A stretch of 64,000 nucleotides of DNA, taken from the NCBI GenBank assembly GCA_944390455.1, contig CALXPU010000003.1:5099-69098 (forward strand), read 5' to 3'. The notes beneath the pieces were generated by a model. The model ran no database searches. It was not told the origin of the DNA and saw only the letters and a list, made by a program, of their open reading frames with translations. Within the stretch, counting starts at the first letter, position 1. Every line of letters begins with the position of its first letter. Positions 28,081 through 36,717 of the stretch are shown one piece after another. Position numbers and translations under genes: made by a program. The DNA comes from an uncultured Alphaproteobacteria bacterium. Its GTDB lineage: Bacteria > Pseudomonadota > Alphaproteobacteria > RF32 > CAG-239.

Positions 28081-29385
28081 TTAAGCTTCTCCCAATACTG
28101 TGCTAACTTCATAGCGACCTTGGTCGTCTGTGCTTCCTGTAGCAAAACCTGTTAATGTTAAAGAATTACGTTGCGGATAAGTGTCTGCATACCAATCTTC
28201 GGAAGTTGTTGCAAGTTTGTAACGAGCATTATAACTTCTAGTAGGAACTATAAAAGCTGATGTCATATCATCGGATAAAAAGAATCTACAAGGGTCTTCT
28301 GTTGGTGTAGCTTCTGTTGGTAGCTTTATTGTTAAATTAAGATTTTCAAAAGTCTTTGTTTCCTTATTATACTTAAAAGCATAAACATTTGTCATACCAC
28401 CAATGGTTAAAATACCTGTATCATTATTGTAATCAATACAAACCTTTTCAGTATTTACTAATGCCTTTAAGTCTGGTTGTAAAGAAGCGTCCTCAATCGG
28501 TAACATCTCATCATTAAATTTATAAATCCCTAACAAATCATTTATTGTAGTTATAATGTACTCCCCAACTTCTAATCCAGTTACATATTTCAAATGATTT
28601 TTATATATTTCGCTTATTCCCGTTTTAATAAGAGTAGCTTGTCCACTTCCAGTACCATTATCAGAATAGTAAAAATAACTACCATCTGATAAATTATAAA
28701 AGTATTTTGAGCTACTAGAAAAAGCACTAAGAAAACTATTTACTCCTTGTGAAAATGTCAATTTATCCTCAACAATATCTCCTGTGGTTGGATTGATTGT
28801 TGCTGATTTCATGTTATTTTCATTATCTTTATAAATAACTAAGTTTGTATCAACATAAGTTCCTACCACGGGAACACTTAAAGTATCATCTGTAATACAA
28901 CTATATGTTTTATTAAGACTTGATACAGCAACTGTATGTGAAGCAATTACTTTACCGTTAATGTGTTTTAAATATTTTGTAGTTGAAAAACTATTTGTTA
29001 AATATTGATAACTCCATTTTTTAGTATCAGGATTATATGTATATAAAGGTTTTTGAGATGTACCTGTCATAACTACAATGTTGTTATCTTCATTAAAGAA
29101 AGCACAAGATGAATAAGAGTTTGTATAACCTGTATATTCATACGCAGTATTTTCATCAAGGTTGTGTTTATTTAACCAAATCTTTTGTCCTGCCACAATA
29201 TTAGCACCAGTATTGTTAATGGCAAAAACGGAGTCTCCTCCACCACCTGCCGTTATGCTTTCAATCGTAGAAGCAAGATTTTCGCTGTTTTTTTGCTCAG
29301 GGATAACCGCACCTTTTTCTTGGCACTTAGTATAAGCGTTTGAAATATTTGTTTCAATTCGTGTAATTTGTTCAGCTATACTCAT
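28081..29385 (-). CDS. Putative receptor-binding/tail protein
   Basis: N-terminal MSIAEQITRIETN..LASTI.SI.AGGG docking-like segment; Ser/Thr/Tyr-rich body; follows the fibre adaptor. Confidence 0.6.
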   Translation of the reverse strand: MSIAEQITRIETNISNAYTKCQEKGAVIPEQKNSENLASTIESITAGGGGDSVFAINNTGANIVAGQKIWLNKHNLDENTAYEYTGYTNSYSSCAFFNEDNNIVVMTGTSQKPLYTYNPDTKKWSYQYLTNSFSTTKYLKHINGKVIASHTVAVSSLNKTYSCITDDTLSVPVVGTYVDTNLVIYKDNENNMKSATINPTTGDIVEDKLTFSQGVNSFLSAFSSSSKYFYNLSDGSYFYYSDNGTGSGQATLIKTGISEIYKNHLKYVTGLEVGEYIITTINDLLGIYKFNDEMLPIEDASLQPDLKALVNTEKVCIDYNNDTGILTIGGMTNVYAFKYNKETKTFENLNLTIKLPTEATPTEDPCRFFLSDDMTSAFIVPTRSYNARYKLATTSEDWYADTYPQRNSLTLTGFATGSTDDQGRYEVSTVLGEA

Positions 29386-29386
29386 C

Positions 29387-30145
29387 TTATACCTCACTTA
29401 ATCTTGTTTCAATATCGCCAATCATATTGTCAATTTCAGACTTGCTATAAACATTACTTTTGTCAGCTTTAAGCCCAAACAAATCATCAGACTCATCTTT
29501 TGTATAAACATTGATACTATCGGCTTTAGCCTGCAATAGTTTATCAAGTTCGCTCGTAGAATAAGAATCGTAAATAGAGAACTTAGACCAATACGAAGAT
29601 TCATCTCCGGGAATGTTTCCTTTATTTTTATTGTAAAGACTTATCCACCAATAACCGTTATAACGAGTTAATTCCATAGCAGAATACTCATAATCTTCTT
29701 TCCAGTATGTCTGCCCTTGTGCTTGACAATCTAGCCTTAGAAACGAAGAAAACACCTCTTCAAAAGTTTCTCCTCCGGGGACAATGGTAACACATCTTTC
29801 CAATCTAGCATAAAAATCTTGAAGAGCCATATAGATTCTATCTAGTGAATACTCATAATCTTCTGCCGGAAAATCCTCACCCTCAAGAAACTTAATCAAC
29901 TGATACAAAGGAATTCCTCTGGTGATTGTTATAAAAGTATCTTTTGCCGGAGCTTCCTTAAAAGTTACTTCTCCACCGTCTCCATTATTGATTATAGTAT
30001 AATCCTCATCTTTAACGTAAGTAGAAAAAGACTTGTTTTTATAAATCATAATCTCGTCATCAAAAAACTTCCACGGGATTGTAAAAGTTTTTGTTATTCC
30101 GTTGCAAGAATAAGTCTTCTCTGAATAGTTTGATAATATTGTCAT
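29387..30145 (-). CDS. Tail fibre adaptor (T7 gp17 N-terminal-like) with KADK repeats
   Basis: YSCNG.TKTF.IPW.FF, I.I.R..P..Q, E.SLDR.YM..Q; repeated Y.K.E.D..L..KAD. Confidence 0.8.
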   Translation of the reverse strand: MTILSNYSEKTYSCNGITKTFTIPWKFFDDEIMIYKNKSFSTYVKDEDYTIINNGDGGEVTFKEAPAKDTFITITRGIPLYQLIKFLEGEDFPAEDYEYSLDRIYMALQDFYARLERCVTIVPGGETFEEVFSSFLRLDCQAQGQTYWKEDYEYSAMELTRYNGYWWISLYNKNKGNIPGDESSYWSKFSIYDSYSTSELDKLLQAKADSINVYTKDESDDLFGLKADKSNVYSKSEIDNMIGDIETRLSEV

Positions 30146-30255
30146 GCCCTTTTCTCCATAAAAAAAGGAGAAAAGGCTATGAGCCAATTCTCCAATATAC
30201 TTAAATCTTAACTAAAACTTGTCAAAAGTGTCAAGTCTGTTTTACTTATCAACAG

Positions 30256-33200
30256 TTAATCTGCTATTTTTTTAACTGTTCTTACCGCTGTTCCTAAGCC
30301 GGCACCAGTGCCAACATCAACTATAGCGCCTAATATTTCAGCCCAATCCCAAGAAGTTTTATCTTTTTTAACGGACTTCCACATTAGCCTATTTAGTGAA
30401 TCTACACCAAATACTTGCAAAGCATCCCATGGTTCTGGACTTTTTCCGGTTACAGCCGACTCAATTTTATCAACACCAAATCTAGCTAAATCGGCTACAA
30501 TAGGTAAACCTGCGATCGGTGATAATGCTATTTCCGTCATCATGCCATCATACCAATCGTCATCATCATCACCATATAGGAATGATTTAATCATCCAACC
30601 TAATGCGATATATAATGCAGACTGAATAAATACATAGTTTGCTATATTGCTGTAAAAACGTGCATCTGATATTTCACCACGCCTCCATTGTGTAGCCGTT
30701 GTTGTAATCAAACGCATATATTGAGCCGGTACATCTCTAAAAGCTGTAAAGAAGCGCAAAGTTTGCTCTCTTTGGTACTTAGCACGAGTTGCCGGATTAC
30801 CAGCCGCCTGATTACTTAATGTTTCATCTATAAAGTCTTCAATAATTTTTTCACGTGATACCCCTCTATCAATATTGTATTTCAATTTAGCATATCCGCC
30901 CCAGTAAATTGCAAATATGTCAGCAAATCTAATAGGCGTTGTTGCTATATTCTTCCAATTATGAGTAAATCCTGCTAATGAATATTTTGAATTAACCAAA
31001 TTATTAGCTTCTGCCATCGCACGTCCAATAGCATCTGATTGAGAGCCTTGTTCAAAACGTGTTTTCAAAAAATCACCAACATAAGAATCCATAGTTTTCT
31101 TTACTTCTGCTGGATGCGTTGCCGCATACATGAAGTTTTTTATAAATTCTTTTTTAGGCATATTCACAGAATAGTTTAAGGCAGCCGGTAATTGTTTAAT
31201 TGCCATCGGTACGTTAAGAGCAACAGTTCCGCTTACAAGATTATTAAGCAACGTTTGCATCAATCTACCTACTTCATTGTATGTTTTTACAGCGCCCTTA
31301 ATGCTCAAATCATCAAGATTTGCCATAAATGCTCTGTAAAAATCATCTCCATATTTTTCAACAATTTTTCCTCTTATTGCCTTATCTGTCATCAAAGCAT
31401 GCAGATCTTTATACTTTAAAGCTACATTTTGAACATATCCGACATTAGTTATATACTCTTGATACTTTGTCCAAACATTTTTAGGACGTGGCGTAACCGT
31501 TGACGCACGTTCCTTAAAGAAAGAAGGAGTTTGACTTCTTACCCGTAAATTCTCCATAACATCATAATCAAGCGTATTTTTAGAAGTTCTAGGAAAATAA
31601 TTCTTATTATGAGGTAAATCAATTCCATACATTTTTACAAATATATCGTTTTCAATTTCCCACATATCGGCAACTTCTTGTTGCAGCATATCGGCAAATT
31701 CCATATCTTTTTGACTTAAATGACTTAATAATTTTCCTAAATTATCTGTTAGAAGATGCTCTTTAAGTTGTTCGTCAGACATGCTTTCTATGGCTGCTCT
31801 TAAAGATGCTCTATCTGTTGGCATCGTATCGTCAAAAGTTTCATAAGCCGCGTAAAAGTTTGCACGAGTATTATCATCCTTCATTTGAATATATATATCT
31901 AATATATCCAAGACAGACATTCTTTGGTAATCACCATCATTGTCGCGCAGTTCAAATTCTTCTTTTGATTTATTTTGCATCAACTGGAGAAAATCACCTT
32001 TAGACTTTGAGCCATAAATATTCATGGCCTGTTGCATAACTTTAGCACTATTGTTTCTTAAAAAGATATTTACCTTTTCAAAAGCTGTTTCTAAGTTCCA
32101 TTTATCAGATAGCTTTTTGCCAAACATTTCATTCATGGTTGAACGAATTGTACCAATTTCCGCTAATTTTACAGCAAACCAATTTGATTTTTTAAGAGTT
32201 TCAATAGCATCTAATAACTCATTTTTATTTTCGGTTTTTACTGCCGCTTTTAATTCATCCTCTTGCAACCTTTTATCAACGGCTTCATTTTTGAGCTGTT
32301 CAAGAGAAGATGCTAAATCTTGCAACAAGGCTAAAGATGTATCGGCCCCATTGATTTTATAGTTATACAACATATTTCTTACGCGATCATATTCACTCAC
32401 TCCTTGAGCCATATTCTCATCAGAAAAAATATTATTACTTAATTCTTCAAAGGCTTTTGCAGCTTCTCCCTGAGAAAGTTTTAATATATCGCGCATTTCC
32501 TGAAAGAATTTATTATCCTCAAATGTATAGCGTTGTTTACGGAATTTTAACGGTTTTGTTGATTTAATAATTTCCTCAATATTCCGGCGATTTAATTGTT
32601 TTTCCTCATATTCAATATAATCCCTAGCTCTTTTACGTACGTCATTAAATACCTTAGCAAAACTATCGGCATCTTTAACCCGTTGAATATTGCCATCTAA
32701 AGAGACTTTTCTATCCCCGGATATAGGAAGATTTTTAATAAATTTACGTAACCGGTCTTGAAGTTCATACCTGGTTTCATTCCGTACCTTTTCGCCTTGA
32801 TATAATTGCTTTATCGTATTGCGATATTCTTTATTCATTTCATTGAGTTTAGCTTGCAAATACTTAATTGCATTACGATTAACTTTTACAATATCGGTAT
32901 CATCAGACTTACTCAAAACATTCGCCAACAAGGTGTCTAAATCTTCAATAGTTTTCAAACCAAGTTTATTGTCTTTTAGTAAATCATCTATAAACGATTG
33001 AATTTTTGCTTGATTTTGAATAGCTGCATCTCTTTGACGTTGTATTTCACCTTCACGCCTAGAATAAATATGCTCGGCATCCTGTAAAATATTTTGAATT
33101 TTAGATGATAACGCTTCTGTTTGAGTATATGTTTCAGTGTCTATATTATCCAATAAACCTAAATCCATAAATATTTCAGCAACGCGATTATCCTCAACAA

Positions 33201-36200
33201 TTCCGGCATCATAAACCAAACGTCCGTTTAATACATCAACCTTGTAGCCTAAAGATTTTAATTCTTTATCTAAAGTCATTCCAGGGCGGCGAACTCTTGT
33301 ATGTAAACCTTTACGCAAATTAGCTATACTTTTTCTATTTTGGCCGCGAAATGTAGCACTTTCTCCACGTAAAGCCTGCTGTATAGCTTCTTCAAAATCA
33401 GCTTTATTTTTTATAATATTATCTATGTTTGGAATTTCCCCTTCCCTAGATACTAGAGAATCAAAGAAATCTTTGACTTCGCTGTTAGCGTATTCTCTGT
33501 TATCATTAAATACATCAAGAATCCACTCTTTTGCTTTTTCAAATAAACCACGTGTCGCGATTGTGGGGGAATTTCCGGTATTAAGATAACGAATAAACGC
33601 TTCGGTTAAATTTTCCCAATCTTGATTTTGCATGTCGTCAAAGTTTGTTATTTCTCTTTTTCCTTGGCGCGATAGCCATTTAAATACGCCCCTATCATAA
33701 TCAGAAAAGCCAAATTCTTGAGCGGCCCTAAAATGATTTTGGAAGAAGTGATGCGATAATTCATGCGTTAGCGTGTCTGGTCTAGCATCCTTAAATAATT
33801 CAATTAAATGCTCAGACGGATCATAAGTGCCATATACTTTTTCATCACTATTTGAATAATATATATTATTACTTTCAGGGCTAAACGTGCCTCTATTGTA
33901 TACGGATTTTATTTGATTAGGATTGAACGCTACATAATCTCCGTTTTTTTTAGAAATAATCCCGTCATATCCAGCATTAGCTAAATACTCGTTTACATTA
34001 TCTCTTGATAATAAATCCTTATCTACTCCTAAAAATTTTGCTATATTTTTTAACTCATCTTTGTAAAACCAAGCTTGCTCGGTAACAAAAGGATTTTTAA
34101 AAGATATATATACTTCATATAAATTATCACCCCAAAAATGTGTTGCTTGTTTATTATTTGCAAAATAGAAACCTCGTCCAAGATTGTTTAAACCTCTACT
34201 TCTTCTTGTTTTAAAAGCATTGAATAATCTATCACTTCCATGAAAACCTTCAACAGTTACAGCTTTTCCTGTTTCAAATTTATAGTCTTTAGCTTGTTCC
34301 GATGTAACAACCTCGCTATTACCACTCCACCTCTTAAACTCAGGTGTGTTTATATCTGCTTTGCCTTTTTCATCATAAGCATCGGGAGGTAATTGATTAT
34401 TTTCTTTAGAAAAAAGTTTATTGTTGACTTTTATGTTTCCTGATGCTATATTTTGGGTAAACGCAGGTACCACTGTTGATTTTTTTAATTTATCAATTAG
34501 TCTGACTGCAGAGGGAGTCGTTTCGGACGTAGGCTCTCCGATAGCTTTAACAAGGTTATCAGATGATACTCCCTCAATTTTATACATAGTCTTAGCTGCT
34601 AACTGTTTTTCTTTGTCCCTAATTTCCTCAACATAATACGTCGTACCGTCTGGTATTGTTTTTAAATAACCTACTCCATCTCTTCCATTATCTGTCTTTG
34701 TACCGTATACTAAATAATCAGGGGAATTAACAATATTAGGTATATTTTCAATATCTTTATCTGTAACTGGTATCTGATTATCCGTTAGCTCATTTCCTTT
34801 ACCGTGCCGATTGAAAATATGTTTAATACTTCTTGCATCAACAATATGTTTATATCCCTCAATATCTAAACCAAGACGTTTGGATATTGTAACAAGCCAT
34901 CCCTTTGCCGTTCCAAAACCTGCTTTTACTTTTGCATCAGGTATTTTTTTATCTGCTTCTCGAATAAGCATTGGAACACTTTTAGCAAAAACTTTTTGCT
35001 GTGTATCCTCTTCTGCAATTTCTTCTCTGCTTTTACTAAATAACCTTCTGCTTGGCCGTCCTTCAAAAAAATCTATTTCATCATCAGACATTTGTCTTGT
35101 TTCTGCTTGGCGCTCAGACCAAATTTGAGATATTTCTTCTTCTGTCATGGGAGCTGTCTTTTCTATAACTTGATTACCCACCTTAACAGCTTCCACGTTA
35201 GATTTATTTGCAATATTTAAATTAAGCCATCTTTTTTGAAATTCGCTTAAACTTCCTTGAAAAACGCCGTTTTCTTTAGCTAATTCATAATCATTTTTGA
35301 CGGCACGTCCCCAATACAGAGATTGTGTTTTTGCTTCATTTTCTTGAATACCTGCATCTGTTAATGTTTTTAATAAACCATCATAAAAAGATACTTCTGC
35401 AATGGCATCTTCGTTATCCAATCCACGAGACAATTCTATACTTTTCTCATAATCTGCCGCAAGTTTTTGCATTTCTTCGGGAGACACATCTGGTACATTA
35501 TTAACTAAGCTATTTAAAAATTCTGTAGCATCTTCTGTTATTTGTCCTTCTGTTGGAACGGCACCTTGAGCAAGTTTTAAAGCCATTTCAGGAGATTTTC
35601 CTGCTTCAATCGCTGCATTATAGACTAATTCTCTTCTATGTAAAAATTGATTTGTTCCTTTTGCCGCACCGACTGTAAATGTCATACCACCTAATGAACC
35701 ATACCAGACGCTATCAAAAACATCATCAAGTTTTTGATCTGCTGTTCTTGTATCATATTGTCCAGAAATGGCAATATCTTTGATTGACTGTGAACCCTCT
35801 TGTATTCCTTCTGATGCACCAGAACTTAAAATAAGCCAAGGAAAATGTTTTCTTTTATAAAAACGATTCAAAGACATCAAGCCAAACTGCTCTAATCCAG
35901 TTTCCGCTGCTCCTGCAAGATTAGAACGAATATACGCATCTACAATACTTCCACCATTTTCAAGTACATTCTGGTACATGTTTTCCGCAGAGCTTAATCC
36001 AAAAATTGACGCAATGGGTGCGTTTGTTTCTAAAGCGGCTTTAAGTCCTTTTCCTCTTAATATTGAAGCTAATCCAAAAACTCCAGTTGCTAAAAGTGTC
36101 GGGGCTAATGAACCCATACCTTGAGCCGATTTTGATTCATAAGGGTTTATGTCATATTTAAATCTGGATGCTGACTTTTCTCTTGCTTTCATTCTATCTA

Positions 36201-36687
36201 TAACATCTTTTGCTAAATCTCTTTTCCATTTTTCTCTACTTTCAGGAGATAATTTATCTTGATTTTCAAGCCATGCAACTCCAGCCCCAATAGCTTCTGG
36301 TGCTTCTCTTAAATACGTATATGAGCTTTCGGTTATATCAACGCTTTGATTCCATCCTGAGCGAAGAAGTGTCGAAAACCAATTTGTATCTTTTCCTTCT
36401 TGTTTATATTTTTCAAAAGCTAATCTCTTGTTTATTGCATCATCTAATTTGGGAACATTATTTATATCTTTAGGGGTAAAATAAACAGATGGTGTATAAT
36501 CTTCATTAAAAGGAATACTTTTTTTACCATAAGCAATTTTCTCTTCAGGCGATAAAGAATTATTTAAATTTTTGCTATATTCTTTAATAAGGCTATTATT
36601 CCAATTTTTTGGAGCTTGAACATTTATATTATAATCTACAATATAAAAATTTTCTAATTCAGTATTTTCTTCCATGTCTTTTCCCAT
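30256..36687 (-). CDS. Large polyvalent internal virion/ejection protein
   Basis: 2143 aa at the gp16-equivalent position; BECR-type nuclease, ADP-ribosyltransferase-like and HExxH segments. Confidence 0.8.
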   Translation of the reverse strand: MGKDMEENTELENFYIVDYNINVQAPKNWNNSLIKEYSKNLNNSLSPEEKIAYGKKSIPFNEDYTPSVYFTPKDINNVPKLDDAINKRLAFEKYKQEGKDTNWFSTLLRSGWNQSVDITESSYTYLREAPEAIGAGVAWLENQDKLSPESREKWKRDLAKDVIDRMKAREKSASRFKYDINPYESKSAQGMGSLAPTLLATGVFGLASILRGKGLKAALETNAPIASIFGLSSAENMYQNVLENGGSIVDAYIRSNLAGAAETGLEQFGLMSLNRFYKRKHFPWLILSSGASEGIQEGSQSIKDIAISGQYDTRTADQKLDDVFDSVWYGSLGGMTFTVGAAKGTNQFLHRRELVYNAAIEAGKSPEMALKLAQGAVPTEGQITEDATEFLNSLVNNVPDVSPEEMQKLAADYEKSIELSRGLDNEDAIAEVSFYDGLLKTLTDAGIQENEAKTQSLYWGRAVKNDYELAKENGVFQGSLSEFQKRWLNLNIANKSNVEAVKVGNQVIEKTAPMTEEEISQIWSERQAETRQMSDDEIDFFEGRPSRRLFSKSREEIAEEDTQQKVFAKSVPMLIREADKKIPDAKVKAGFGTAKGWLVTISKRLGLDIEGYKHIVDARSIKHIFNRHGKGNELTDNQIPVTDKDIENIPNIVNSPDYLVYGTKTDNGRDGVGYLKTIPDGTTYYVEEIRDKEKQLAAKTMYKIEGVSSDNLVKAIGEPTSETTPSAVRLIDKLKKSTVVPAFTQNIASGNIKVNNKLFSKENNQLPPDAYDEKGKADINTPEFKRWSGNSEVVTSEQAKDYKFETGKAVTVEGFHGSDRLFNAFKTRRSRGLNNLGRGFYFANNKQATHFWGDNLYEVYISFKNPFVTEQAWFYKDELKNIAKFLGVDKDLLSRDNVNEYLANAGYDGIISKKNGDYVAFNPNQIKSVYNRGTFSPESNNIYYSNSDEKVYGTYDPSEHLIELFKDARPDTLTHELSHHFFQNHFRAAQEFGFSDYDRGVFKWLSRQGKREITNFDDMQNQDWENLTEAFIRYLNTGNSPTIATRGLFEKAKEWILDVFNDNREYANSEVKDFFDSLVSREGEIPNIDNIIKNKADFEEAIQQALRGESATFRGQNRKSIANLRKGLHTRVRRPGMTLDKELKSLGYKVDVLNGRLVYDAGIVEDNRVAEIFMDLGLLDNIDTETYTQTEALSSKIQNILQDAEHIYSRREGEIQRQRDAAIQNQAKIQSFIDDLLKDNKLGLKTIEDLDTLLANVLSKSDDTDIVKVNRNAIKYLQAKLNEMNKEYRNTIKQLYQGEKVRNETRYELQDRLRKFIKNLPISGDRKVSLDGNIQRVKDADSFAKVFNDVRKRARDYIEYEEKQLNRRNIEEIIKSTKPLKFRKQRYTFEDNKFFQEMRDILKLSQGEAAKAFEELSNNIFSDENMAQGVSEYDRVRNMLYNYKINGADTSLALLQDLASSLEQLKNEAVDKRLQEDELKAAVKTENKNELLDAIETLKKSNWFAVKLAEIGTIRSTMNEMFGKKLSDKWNLETAFEKVNIFLRNNSAKVMQQAMNIYGSKSKGDFLQLMQNKSKEEFELRDNDGDYQRMSVLDILDIYIQMKDDNTRANFYAAYETFDDTMPTDRASLRAAIESMSDEQLKEHLLTDNLGKLLSHLSQKDMEFADMLQQEVADMWEIENDIFVKMYGIDLPHNKNYFPRTSKNTLDYDVMENLRVRSQTPSFFKERASTVTPRPKNVWTKYQEYITNVGYVQNVALKYKDLHALMTDKAIRGKIVEKYGDDFYRAFMANLDDLSIKGAVKTYNEVGRLMQTLLNNLVSGTVALNVPMAIKQLPAALNYSVNMPKKEFIKNFMYAATHPAEVKKTMDSYVGDFLKTRFEQGSQSDAIGRAMAEANNLVNSKYSLAGFTHNWKNIATTPIRFADIFAIYWGGYAKLKYNIDRGVSREKIIEDFIDETLSNQAAGNPATRAKYQREQTLRFFTAFRDVPAQYMRLITTTATQWRRGEISDARFYSNIANYVFIQSALYIALGWMIKSFLYGDDDDDWYDGMMTEIALSPIAGLPIVADLARFGVDKIESAVTGKSPEPWDALQVFGVDSLNRLMWKSVKKDKTSWDWAEILGAIVDVGTGAGLGTAVRTVKKIAD

Positions 36688-36717
36688 AAAAAAAGCCCTT
36701 TATAGGGCTGTTGAAAA

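Noticed and set aside
29420-29580. Repeated sequence in the tail fibre gene
   Set aside because: Ordinary protein-level KADK coiled repeats, not a DNA element
28081-30145. Diversity-generating retroelement, as in BPP-1
   Set aside because: No reverse transcriptase ORF and no TR/VR repeat pair seen in the window
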